IMG/VR virus record: IMGVR_UViG_3300027858_000001
Span: 1 to 45,089 of that record
DNA length: 45,089 nt
Origin: a virus
Reading direction: 5' to 3' (one strand)
Within the stretch, counting starts at the first letter, position 1; every line of letters starts with the position of its first letter. Positions 13,515-22,035 of this stretch are shown piece after piece. A program made the position numbers and the translations under genes. The notes below the pieces were generated by a model that saw only the letters and a list, made by a program, of their open reading frames with translations, was not told where the DNA came from and ran no database searches.

Positions 13515-14192
13515 ATGTTAAAACTAAACCACCCAGAACAGAAAGGCACCAAGTACGACACTTCAACATGGGAGCGCTATGGCAAATTCTCCGTTGTGCC
13601 TGAAGGTATGTACCCATTAACGGCTGTCAATTATGTCATCGTGGGGGAGTCGGTGAGCATTGGTGACGATGCAGCCATTGGTGCCCGCGCAGCCATTGGT
13701 GACGGCGTATACATTGACAGTCATGCAGCCATCGGTGACGACGTATGCATTGGTGACAATGCAACTATCGGGGGTTACGCAACTATTGGTGACTTTGTAA
13801 CCATCGGCAGAGAGACAACTATTGGTGACTTTGCAACTATTGGTCACTTTGCAACCATCGGCAGAGAGACAACTATTGGGTATCATGCAATCGTCGGTAC
13901 CCGCGCAACCATCGATGACTGTGCAGTCATCGGTAGATCGGTGAGAATCGGTGACTTCGCAACCATCGGTGACTGGGCAATCTATATAGCTGATATTGGT
14001 CATGCTGACGGCTACCGCAAAACCCTGTGCGACTTGGACGGCATAGCCTACATTGGCGCAGGCTGCCGGTGGTTCTGTCTTCAAGATGCCTTGAATCACT
14101 GGAGCAACCACCAAGAAGACCGCAGAGCTACTATGGCATTGATGCAGTCGGCCAAAGCGCTGGCAGACCTGCACGGCCTTAAATACAAATAG
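13515..14192 (+). CDS. Hexapeptide-repeat (left-handed beta-helix type) protein with a Cys/Trp-containing C-terminal domain (225 aa)
   Basis: 18 uninterrupted hexads of the form xxxxIG from aa 45 to 152. The C-terminal domain includes GAGCRWFCLQDALNHW. TAGGAGATACCACCATG initiation region. Confidence 0.75.
   Translation: MLKLNHPEQKGTKYDTSTWERYGKFSVVPEGMYPLTAVNYVIVGESVSIGDDAAIGARAAIGDGVYIDSHAAIGDDVCIGDNATIGGYATIGDFVTIGRETTIGDFATIGHFATIGRETTIGYHAIVGTRATIDDCAVIGRSVRIGDFATIGDWAIYIADIGHADGYRKTLCDLDGIAYIGAGCRWFCLQDALNHWSNHQEDRRATMALMQSAKALADLHGLKYK
13647..13970. repeat. 18-bp periodic coding repeat (18 hexads), including a 54-bp internal duplication
   Basis: The -IG- dipeptide recurs every 6 codons. 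ccatcggcagagagacaactattgg occurs at 13801 and again at 13855. Confidence 0.9.
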
Positions 14193-14203
14193 GAGACACC
14201 ACC

Positions 14204-14416
14204 ATGCTAAAACTAAATTTTCCAGAACAGAAAGGCACCAAGTTCGATACTTCAACATGGGAGCAGGACGGCTGGCCTTCCGTTGTGCCAGACGATATGC
14301 CTCCATTAACGGCTCGCCAGCTTATTTACGTCGGGGATAACGCAACCATCGGTGAAGGCGCAACCATCGGCGACCGCGTACATATTGCAAATGACGTAAC
14401 CAACAAGCGCAAATAG
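14204..14416 (+). CDS. Truncated paralogue of the hexapeptide-repeat gene (70 aa, about 3 hexads, no C-terminal domain)
   Basis: About 125 bp of DNA-level similarity (14190-14319 versus 13501-13630). Begins MLKLNFPEQKGTKFDTSTWE versus MLKLNHPEQKGTKYDTSTWE. Confidence 0.6.
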   Translation: MLKLNFPEQKGTKFDTSTWEQDGWPSVVPDDMPPLTARQLIYVGDNATIGEGATIGDRVHIANDVTNKRK

Positions 14417-14427
14417 GAGACACCACT

Positions 14428-14733
14428 ATGATTACGATATCCACCCGATCATTCACTGCAGGCTCACACCTCAACGATCTCCGGGGGATCTTCGCGGCAC
14501 TGTCACCGATCAATATTGAGGTCATGTACTGCTGCGACAGTAACGCGTGCTATGAACTCAGTACCCTGGATGAGAGCCGGGAGGTTATCGGTACGTTCTC
14601 AAGGGTGATATCCGATGACGACAACAACCGATGGGTGCTCGCCTTCAGTAATCCCGCCGGGCATAGGGTGTATACTAATCTGCTGCGCGAGTTTTGCGGA
14701 GTTGATGAGATCCATAATGATTACCCCCAATAA
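14428..14733 (+). CDS. Early hypothetical protein (101 aa)
   Basis: TAGGAGACACCACTATG junction. Confidence 0.55.
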   Translation: MITISTRSFTAGSHLNDLRGIFAALSPINIEVMYCCDSNACYELSTLDESREVIGTFSRVISDDDNNRWVLAFSNPAGHRVYTNLLREFCGVDEIHNDYPQ

Positions 14734-14760
14734 AAAACCCGACCCCTTGTGAGGGTCGGG
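14732..14760 (-). terminator. GC-rich hairpin with its U-tract on the minus strand only
   Basis: Stem cccgaccc(14738-14745)/gggtcggg(14753-14760) with a 7-nt loop. An A6 run at 14732-14737 gives a T6 tail only on the minus strand. On the plus strand the hairpin is followed by ctcggag. Confidence 0.45.
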
Positions 14761-14774
14761 CTCGGAGTACCACC

Positions 14775-14816
14775 ATGAAAAAGCCACCACAGCTCGGAGC
14801 GTATAGTACCACATGA
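14775..14816 (+). CDS. 13-codon upstream ORF (MKKPPQLGAYSTT) translationally coupled to the primase gene
   Basis: GGAGTACCACCATG initiation region. Its TGA overlaps the primase ATG (ATGA at 14813-14816). The primase ATG has no RBS of its own. Confidence 0.4.
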   Translation: MKKPPQLGAYSTT

Positions 14817-17377
14817 TACATAATGAGTCATTCCTGTCCGCAATTTTCGGTGAAGACCTTCCATACGTTCATGTGACCGACTTCGTCGAAGATCCATCCA
14901 ACATACCACCCGATCGTCATCTGATCGCATGGCGCGGTGACTGGTACTCTCGGTACAAGTTCAACCCTGAGCCATCGAACCAGTATTTCACCATCTCGAT
15001 ATTCGAGCCGGATGAGAAGGGGACCGCCAGACGACGTAAGGCGTTGTTTCTGCGGACCCGGTGCATAGTGCTCGATGACGTAGTTGAGAAGCTCAGCATG
15101 GACGCGGTGAACTTGATGCCCCCTCCATCGTGGGTGATGGTGACCTCTACCGGGTCAGAGCAATGGGGTTACATACTCGACGAACCCTGTCACGACCGGG
15201 GCAAGGTGGAGAACCTGCTCGACGGTCTGGTGGCCAACGGTCTGGCGCCTGCGGGTAAGGATCCGGGAATGAAAGGCGTTACCCGGTACGTTCGGTTACC
15301 TGATGGGGTCAACACCAAGCAGGCCAAGCTGGTTGACGATCGTCCATACGATTGTCAGATAACAACATGGGAGCCAGACCGCCGGACATCGATGGCACAA
15401 CTAGCGGCACCGTTCCATGTCGACCTGGACAAGCCACGCAAAGAAGCTCGCATTGATGGTGCAGGGGATATTCCTGATCACCCGCTACTGCAGATCCCTG
15501 ACATCCTGACGGTCAAGGCGGTCCGATCTGAAGGCAGGTTCGAGGTAGAGTGTCCGTGGATCGATGACCACACCGGTGGAGCCGATGACGGTGCCGCCAT
15601 ATTCACAAATAAGGACGGCACTATTGGTTTCAAGTGCCATCACGGTAGTTGCGAGAACCGTAACCAGGGAGATCTGGTCCGGTGGTTAGACGACCAGCAA
15701 GCCGGTTTCAGCATGAGCATGAAGCAATGGCAGCTGGCACTGATAGCAAAGCAGATGGGAGCGCCTCCGACCGCCCCTCCTGTTACTGCGCCCGCCGGTA
15801 GCGCCATCAATAACCCCCCACCATCGACACCGAGCGTATCGGACACCATCAACGGCATGATCTCGTCACTGATAACCATGAACCCCAGCTCTGATGAAGC
15901 ACGGGCACACGCGGCGACGGTGTTGAAGGTGATCGATGGTGAGTCTGCGATCGACCAGAACCAGTGGCACAAGATGATGTGCGATGCCATGAGGTGGAGT
16001 AAAAAGGATCTATCGACCATCCTTAAAGAGCTGAAAGTTGAATGGTATGGTGGCCGCAATGAGGATCCATCGTTCTGCTCTAGTTTTGTCTATGTTCACC
16101 AACAAGGGAAGTTCTACGACCGTAAGACCAACGTGTTCTATTCTCCCGCCAACTTTCAAGATGCGTTCATGGACAAGGACGCCGAGGCGAGGATCAATGC
16201 ATTGCAAAACGGCTTGGTACCGAAAGTAATTAAGCTAGACTTCGCCCCTAAAATGCCGCTCATATTTGAACGCGAAGGGGTGCTTTACGGTAACACCTAC
16301 GAGACACCAACCCACCGGCCAGGGGTGCCAGGTGATGTGTCCAGGTGGCTGGACCATTGGGACCAGATGGGATGGGCTGAACACCGTGATCACATGCTGA
16401 AGTGGATGGCCTACACCATGCGCCACCCTGAGAAGAAGATAAACCACATGCTCCTCCTGGGAGGCGCGGAAGGTACCGGTAAAGATTACTTACTGCACCC
16501 TCTGATCGAGTACATGGGTGATTACTGTGCGGTGATCAGCGGCGATGAGTTGATCGGTAGCTTTCACGACCACCTGGTCAACTGTAAGTACCTACACATC
16601 AATGAAGCGGAGCTGTTCGACCATCGTGAGGCGATGGCAGTAAGCGCTAAAATTAAGCCTCTGGCGGCGGCACCCCCGAACACCCTGCGAGTTAATCCCA
16701 AAGGACTGACACCATTCAAAATTAGCAACATCGTTAACCTAACAATGACAACTAACAGTCCGACACCACTCCGACTCGATGGTGCCAGCAGGCGGATCTA
16801 TGCTATGTGGACCCATCTAATAGTTCGTGACGACGGCGGTGAAGGGGACATGCTACCGATATGGTCTCAATACTGGGACGACCGGTGGAGTTGGATGAAC
16901 GATCAAGGCGGGCAGGATGCGTGTATATGGTATCTGCTTAACGAAGTGGACATCAGTGATTTCAAACCCGGTACGGCTCCCCCCATGACCACCTTCTTGC
17001 GTGAAATTACCGATGCGTCCAAGAGTCCCGTAGTGTTGACCCTGGAGACCTTCATCCGCCGTCGCATATCCGCGTTTCACAGTGACCTGTTGACCGTGTC
17101 CGATATGGTAGAGGCGATCAAGGCATCCGCGTTCACCCACTCGGACTCAATCATTGCGGAGATGGCGTGGATGACTCCCATTAAAATATCGAAAGCATTG
17201 AAAACCATGTCTAGTGTGCGACCGATGAGAGCGTATAAATCCAAAGCCGAAGCAAGGGTGTGGGTCCTCCGGTGCCCTGAACGATACGAAAAAATGGGGT
17301 CAGCGGAACTATACGACACCTATAAGAAACAATTGAAGCAAGCTAAGGAACATTTGCCGCTAAAAGTTGTGAAGTAG
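14813..17377 (+). CDS. Bifunctional primase-polymerase / SF3 (D5/P4-type) helicase (854 aa)
   Basis: The N-terminal prim-pol-like region contains IVLDDV. Zinc motif CPWIDDHTGG...FKCHHGSC. Pro-rich linker. Walker A GGAEGTGKD and Walker B-like YLHINEA. Confidence 0.8.
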   Translation: MIHNESFLSAIFGEDLPYVHVTDFVEDPSNIPPDRHLIAWRGDWYSRYKFNPEPSNQYFTISIFEPDEKGTARRRKALFLRTRCIVLDDVVEKLSMDAVNLMPPPSWVMVTSTGSEQWGYILDEPCHDRGKVENLLDGLVANGLAPAGKDPGMKGVTRYVRLPDGVNTKQAKLVDDRPYDCQITTWEPDRRTSMAQLAAPFHVDLDKPRKEARIDGAGDIPDHPLLQIPDILTVKAVRSEGRFEVECPWIDDHTGGADDGAAIFTNKDGTIGFKCHHGSCENRNQGDLVRWLDDQQAGFSMSMKQWQLALIAKQMGAPPTAPPVTAPAGSAINNPPPSTPSVSDTINGMISSLITMNPSSDEARAHAATVLKVIDGESAIDQNQWHKMMCDAMRWSKKDLSTILKELKVEWYGGRNEDPSFCSSFVYVHQQGKFYDRKTNVFYSPANFQDAFMDKDAEARINALQNGLVPKVIKLDFAPKMPLIFEREGVLYGNTYETPTHRPGVPGDVSRWLDHWDQMGWAEHRDHMLKWMAYTMRHPEKKINHMLLLGGAEGTGKDYLLHPLIEYMGDYCAVISGDELIGSFHDHLVNCKYLHINEAELFDHREAMAVSAKIKPLAAAPPNTLRVNPKGLTPFKISNIVNLTMTTNSPTPLRLDGASRRIYAMWTHLIVRDDGGEGDMLPIWSQYWDDRWSWMNDQGGQDACIWYLLNEVDISDFKPGTAPPMTTFLREITDASKSPVVLTLETFIRRRISAFHSDLLTVSDMVEAIKASAFTHSDSIIAEMAWMTPIKISKALKTMSSVRPMRAYKSKAEARVWVLRCPERYEKMGSAELYDTYKKQLKQAKEHLPLKVVK

Positions 17378-17380
17378 TAG

Positions 17381-17409
17381 TTGTATTGTTGTACATCAGT
17401 TGATACAAT
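17381..17409 (+). promoter_or_regulatory. Sigma70-type promoter TTGTAT-N17-TACAAT
   Basis: -35 at 17381-17386 and -10 at 17404-17409. The two hexamers are also reverse complements of each other. Contains the TGTTGTACA motif. Lies 27 nt upstream of ATG 17436. Confidence 0.5.
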
Positions 17410-17435
17410 TTGCTCCCCGACAACAGGAGATTAAA

Positions 17436-17639
17436 ATGGTAACACCGTGCGACATGACCATCGCTTTCCGAGGATACGCCGAGGACTGGGAAGGCTTTGA
17501 CTACCAGTGTTCTATTATCGGTAGAACGCGTCCCCAAATGCTCCGCGAACTCATGCGGGCATTCGCTGATGGTCGAATCACCATCGAACCCACGACTGCA
17601 CAACAAGCAGCACACGAAGGACTATATCTCAATGATTGA
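17436..17639 (+). CDS. Hypothetical protein (67 aa)
   Basis: CAGGAGA RBS 7 nt upstream of the ATG. Confidence 0.55.
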   Translation: MVTPCDMTIAFRGYAEDWEGFDYQCSIIGRTRPQMLRELMRAFADGRITIEPTTAQQAAHEGLYLND

Positions 17640-17988
17640 AAAAACTCTTGAAAGAATCGCCACAGCTCTCGAAGCTATCGCCAACCACATGGAACCCATG
17701 GCAATACCAATAGTAGAAGCAGTAATCGAATCCATCGAACCACCTGCGGCACCAATCGAACCACCTGCTGTAGAGGCACCACCCCATGTAGCGCCGGTGC
17801 CCCCTTCAGCTCCGTTGTCCATGGAAGAGTTCAACGCCGCGCTAGTGGTAGAGTTCAAGCGGTTGGGGAGTGATCGCGGACCCATTGACGCAGCGTTTAA
17901 AATCGCAGGCGTGGCCGGTGTGAGTGACATGTCTCCCAGTGACTACAATTCATTCCTTGAGAATATCCAAGCGTTACCTGGCGCATGA
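17632..17988 (+). CDS. Hypothetical protein with a Pro-rich linker (118 aa)
   Basis: ATG 17632 overlaps the upstream gene by 8 nt. Begins MIEKTLERIATALEAIANH. Confidence 0.5.
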   Translation: MIEKTLERIATALEAIANHMEPMAIPIVEAVIESIEPPAAPIEPPAVEAPPHVAPVPPSAPLSMEEFNAALVVEFKRLGSDRGPIDAAFKIAGVAGVSDMSPSDYNSFLENIQALPGA

Positions 17989-19244
17989 GTGCTCACGCAC
18001 GCCTTGGTCCATCGAATCACCGATGGCCTAACTGCCCCGGGTCAGTGAGAGAGGAGGCCGCCTACCCAGATGTAGCGGGGGCTGCTGCCATAGACGGTAC
18101 CGGGTCTCATCTGCTGCTGGAACTATGTTTGCAAAACAGTGTACGTGCTGACGCATACGAGTCTCAGGTCATCGGTGAAGGTCATGAAGACGCACCGATG
18201 GGATGGTTCGTCGACAAGGACCGTGCGATAAGAGTTCAGATGTGTCTTGACTACCTGGTTCGTCGTGTCGATGAGCTGAAGCATGAGTTCGGTGATGATG
18301 CAGTCATCGCCATCGAGTCGGAGAGCTTGTCCAACCCGGGGCAGCGTGCGGGCAGAGACGACTGGTGGGGTACGGTTGATATAACAGTCACCGTCACCGT
18401 TGATGGTAAGGTGATGTTCATTGAAGTCATCGATTATAAAGACGGGAGGATGTGGGTAAACGTCAGCGGCAACTCACAGCTTCAATCGTATCTGATCGGT
18501 AAAGTTAATGTGGCGGCATTCGATGACCGGATTGGTGGCAGGATCACTATTGTTCAGCCTAAAACCCGCACACCGGTTCGGTACGAGTTTATCTACTCAT
18601 CGGATCTGATCGAAGTTGAGCGAGGGCTGGTAGCAGCAGCAGCGGCAACGGATGACCCCAATGCTCCCCTGATACCCGATGACAAGTTAGGTAAAGGACA
18701 CTGCCACTGGTGCAGTCATAAAACCAACTGTGACGCGTTGGTTCAATCATTATCCAAAGGAATAGCAACCATGAAAGAGACCGATATGGAGTTGTTCTCA
18801 TCGCTAGAAACAGCGGTGGCAACTCTCAGTGAAATGCCTGGCGAACAGCTGGGACGGCTTGCCGATACAAAGCAAGCGGTGGAGAAGATCTACGAAAAGA
18901 TTCAAGTTGAAATTGAGCTGCGACTGGTACGTGGCGATGATGTCCCAGGATGGGACATGGGAGAGGGTCGAGGATCTCAGGTCTGGGCTATGGAGGATGA
19001 TGAAGTAGAAAAAGCCCTGCGCTCTCGACGGTTTCTCAAGAGTCAGATTTTCCCATCCAAACTAATATCGCCAGCTCAAGCGCTCAAACGTGAAGGGCTG
19101 ACCGAAACACAGATTAAAAAAATGAAAGAGGAGTTGATCGTTTTCAAAGCAGGGGCCCAACGTCCTGTCCAAGTACCGCGGGAGACGCAAGATCCATCAG
19201 TCATGTTTATGGATGCTGTCGAACCCGAAGTAAGTTTTCTTTAA
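17985..19244 (+). CDS. DUF2800-type PD-(D/E)XK (Cas4-like) nuclease (419 aa)
   Basis: The N-terminus ARLGPSNHRWPNCPGS and the C-terminal Cys cluster GHCHWCSHKTNC match the four-cysteine Cas4/AddB-type pattern. Sits in the conserved position upstream of DUF2815 and the polymerase. Confidence 0.75.
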   Translation: MSAHARLGPSNHRWPNCPGSVREEAAYPDVAGAAAIDGTGSHLLLELCLQNSVRADAYESQVIGEGHEDAPMGWFVDKDRAIRVQMCLDYLVRRVDELKHEFGDDAVIAIESESLSNPGQRAGRDDWWGTVDITVTVTVDGKVMFIEVIDYKDGRMWVNVSGNSQLQSYLIGKVNVAAFDDRIGGRITIVQPKTRTPVRYEFIYSSDLIEVERGLVAAAAATDDPNAPLIPDDKLGKGHCHWCSHKTNCDALVQSLSKGIATMKETDMELFSSLETAVATLSEMPGEQLGRLADTKQAVEKIYEKIQVEIELRLVRGDDVPGWDMGEGRGSQVWAMEDDEVEKALRSRRFLKSQIFPSKLISPAQALKREGLTETQIKKMKEELIVFKAGAQRPVQVPRETQDPSVMFMDAVEPEVSFL

Positions 19245-19262
19245 AATTAGGAGTTAATCACC

Positions 19263-19961
19263 ATGGCACAACATTTAGTTTATGGCGTAATCTCGTACCC
19301 CCATTTATTCGAGCCTCACACCAGTAATCCGAAGTATCCTAAGCGGTACAGCATTGACATAATGCTGCCCCCGGGGGATCCTCAAATAGCGATATTGCAA
19401 ACGGACATTGACCAGTCATGGGCTAATAAATCCCCGTCTGATCCTAACAAAAACGTGTATTGCTTGTCCCCCTACGACGACCGTAAGGACAATAATAGCT
19501 ATGACCCCCGGTTCGCCGGGTGGACAGTGTTCACCGCTAACGCCAAGGACACCTCTCAACCGGTTGTCGTGGACAAAGGCGGCATCCCCGTCCTTAACCG
19601 CAGTGATGTATTCGCGGGTGGAATGGCGTGGGTCCATGCGAGCATATTCGCTATTGATAATGGGGTGACCGCTGCGATTAATGGAGTGAAAGTCGCTGGC
19701 GTCGTGGGACCGGTAGGCCGCCTTGATGGTAAGCCTACGGTAGAGCAGATGTTTGCTGATACCAGTGTGCCTGCCGATGCGCCAGCGCCTCCCGCACCCA
19801 TGGCAGCGCCAGCGCCTCCTCCCCCTCCTACAGCGCCAGTGCATCAGATGACTGACGCCGCGCAGGGCACCTACGAGCAGTACGTAGCACAGGGATGGAC
19901 CGCCAATCAGATGATTGATGCTGGCCTCCTCGTGCCACCGGGGGCATCCCCCTCGTTCTGA
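19263..19961 (+). CDS. DUF2815-type ssDNA-binding-like protein (232 aa)
   Basis: VYGVISYPHLFEPH N-terminus. Pro/Ala-rich C-terminal tail. Followed by a terminator. Confidence 0.65.
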   Translation: MAQHLVYGVISYPHLFEPHTSNPKYPKRYSIDIMLPPGDPQIAILQTDIDQSWANKSPSDPNKNVYCLSPYDDRKDNNSYDPRFAGWTVFTANAKDTSQPVVVDKGGIPVLNRSDVFAGGMAWVHASIFAIDNGVTAAINGVKVAGVVGPVGRLDGKPTVEQMFADTSVPADAPAPPAPMAAPAPPPPPTAPVHQMTDAAQGTYEQYVAQGWTANQMIDAGLLVPPGASPSF

Positions 19962-19967
19962 TTAACC

Positions 19968-19996
19968 GGCCCCCTGGCAACGGGGGGCCTTTCATT
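19968..19996 (+). terminator. Rho-independent terminator or attenuator after the SSB-like gene
   Basis: Stem ggccccc(19968-19974)/gggggcc(19983-19989) with an 8-nt loop, followed by tttcatt. Confidence 0.55.
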
Positions 19997-20009
19997 AAGG
20001 TTAAAGCTT

Positions 20010-22025
20010 ATGACACCTGATTTTATATTCGGTGTGACGCCGGGTGATGTCGTCTACGATATAGAGACATACCCTAACGTTTTCACCATGAAAGCACTAC
20101 ACCACACCACCCGGAAACGCTGGACGTTCGAGGTCAGTGAGCGTCGTAACGACCTGGATCTGATTGTTCAGTTCATGAACACGCTAGCAGCCAATCAATG
20201 CCGAATGGTTGGTTTCAATAACATCGGTTTCGATTACCCGGTCATCCACATGATTCACCAGACTGGTGGCGCGTGGATCACTGTTGAGAACATCTACGAA
20301 AAAGCAATGGGGATCATCCAAGGTAATCGGGCTGTTCATACGGTGTGGGAGTCTGGCGGGGTTGTTCATGCGGTGTGGGAGTCTGACTGGGCTGTCCCCC
20401 AGGTAGATCTATTCAAGATCCATCACTTTGACAACATGGCAAGGTCAACCAGTCTGAAAGCTCTGGAGTTCGCCATGCGGATGCCCCGCATAGAAGATCT
20501 ACCGTTCCCAGTCGGTAAGCCACTGACCCCTGACCAGATTGATCCGCTGCTCGAGTACAACGAGTACGATGTCGATGCTACCGATGACTTCCTGACCGAG
20601 ACTAAAGAGATGCTGGCGTTCAGGGAAGAGCTTGCTAAGGACTACGGCGACGACGCGTTCATCAACTACAACGACACCAAAATAGGTAAACAGATTTTCA
20701 TCCGCCGCCTTGAAGGTCACACCCCTGGGTCATGCTATCAACGCATCAATGGTCGCCGTGAGCCGGTCCAGACGATCAGGCAAAACATTAAACTCAATGA
20801 TGTGATACTACCTATGGTTAAGTTCACGCATCCAGAAACCAATCGGATCTTGGACTATTTTCAGCAGCAGGTGATCACCGAAACCAAAGGTGTGTTTAAA
20901 AATGTGAGTTGCTCCATCAACGGATTCCAACTCGATTTCGGTACGGGAGGGTTACACGGGTCAATCAGTAACACAACGGTCACCAGTGATGATGAGTGGA
21001 TCATAGAAGATTGGGATGTTGCCAGTTACTACCCGAACCTCGCAATCCAGAATAACTTGCGACCTGACCACCTCGGCGACCTGTTCTGTCACATCTACGC
21101 TGACATGTATGAGCAGCGTAAACAGCATGCCAAAGGGTCCACGCAGAATGCTGCGTTGAAGCTCGGTCTCAACGGTAGTTATGGTGACAGCAACAACCAG
21201 TATAGTCCGCTGTTCGATCCGCAGTTCACGATGGCAATCACCATCAATGGGCAGCTGTTATTGTGCATGTTGATCGAAGCGCTGATGGTTGATCAATCGG
21301 TGAAGATGGTGCAAGTGAACACCGACGGACTGACCATCAAGTACCCGCGCGAGATACAACCATGGGTGCATCTCGTCACCAAGTGGTGGGAAGGTGTCAC
21401 CCGGCTGACACTGGAAGTTGCTGAATATAAATCGATGTATATCCGTGATGTGAATAATTACATCGCTGTCTATACCGATGGCTCGATTAAACGCAAAGGT
21501 GCGTACGAGCACAACAAGGAATGGCATCAGGACCCTGGTGCTCTAATCGTACCTATCGCAGCGGAGAAGGTCCTTGTCAACGGCGAGGATGTCAGAGAAG
21601 TTATCTGCAGCCACCCTGACCCCTATGACTTCATGCTCAGGGGCAAGGCACCAGGTGGGTCACACCTACGATGGGGAACCATTCGACAGCAGAAGTTATG
21701 CCGGTATTACATCAGCACCGATGGTGATTACCTCGAAAAAGTCATGCCACCTAAAGGCCCGCCTGGAGAGTACAAGCGTGCCAACAGCCTGACCGATGAT
21801 TACTATAATAGTGTGATGGCTGAGATTGGTAATGGTGTATGGGATGAACGGATCCACACCAAAAACAAAAGCGTGTATGAGACCAGAGTGACCGGATTAC
21901 ACACCGTCAATACTGTTCAGATGGCGAATAACATGAATGAGATGACGTTCGGTGATATCGATTACGAGTGGTACATCGCTGAGACTGTGAAACTGACAAG
22001 TCCTATTATGAGTAACGTGATATGA
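20010..22025 (+). CDS. DNA polymerase with family B-type motifs and a 3'-5' exonuclease domain (671 aa)
   Basis: ExoI VYDIETYPN, ExoII GFNNIGFDYPVI, ExoIII EYNEYDVDAT. Polymerase motif A DVASYYPNLAI, motif B KLGLNGSYGDS, motif C VQVNTDGL. Confidence 0.8.
   Translation: MTPDFIFGVTPGDVVYDIETYPNVFTMKALHHTTRKRWTFEVSERRNDLDLIVQFMNTLAANQCRMVGFNNIGFDYPVIHMIHQTGGAWITVENIYEKAMGIIQGNRAVHTVWESGGVVHAVWESDWAVPQVDLFKIHHFDNMARSTSLKALEFAMRMPRIEDLPFPVGKPLTPDQIDPLLEYNEYDVDATDDFLTETKEMLAFREELAKDYGDDAFINYNDTKIGKQIFIRRLEGHTPGSCYQRINGRREPVQTIRQNIKLNDVILPMVKFTHPETNRILDYFQQQVITETKGVFKNVSCSINGFQLDFGTGGLHGSISNTTVTSDDEWIIEDWDVASYYPNLAIQNNLRPDHLGDLFCHIYADMYEQRKQHAKGSTQNAALKLGLNGSYGDSNNQYSPLFDPQFTMAITINGQLLLCMLIEALMVDQSVKMVQVNTDGLTIKYPREIQPWVHLVTKWWEGVTRLTLEVAEYKSMYIRDVNNYIAVYTDGSIKRKGAYEHNKEWHQDPGALIVPIAAEKVLVNGEDVREVICSHPDPYDFMLRGKAPGGSHLRWGTIRQQKLCRYYISTDGDYLEKVMPPKGPPGEYKRANSLTDDYYNSVMAEIGNGVWDERIHTKNKSVYETRVTGLHTVNTVQMANNMNEMTFGDIDYEWYIAETVKLTSPIMSNVI
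20331..20390. repeat. In-frame 30-bp tandem duplication (26 of 30 identical) in the polymerase exonuclease domain
   Basis: Copies at 20331-20360 and 20361-20390 encode AVHTVWESGG and VVHAVWESDW. Confidence 0.9.
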
Positions 22026-22035
22026 GCACTTACTG

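Noticed and set aside
13617-14306. 229-aa minus-strand ORF opposite the hexapeptide-repeat genes
   Set aside because: It is a mirror image of the 18-bp periodic repeat (the antisense frame reads repeated VTN/VTD). It spans two plus-strand genes and their RBS junction, and it has no initiation signals.
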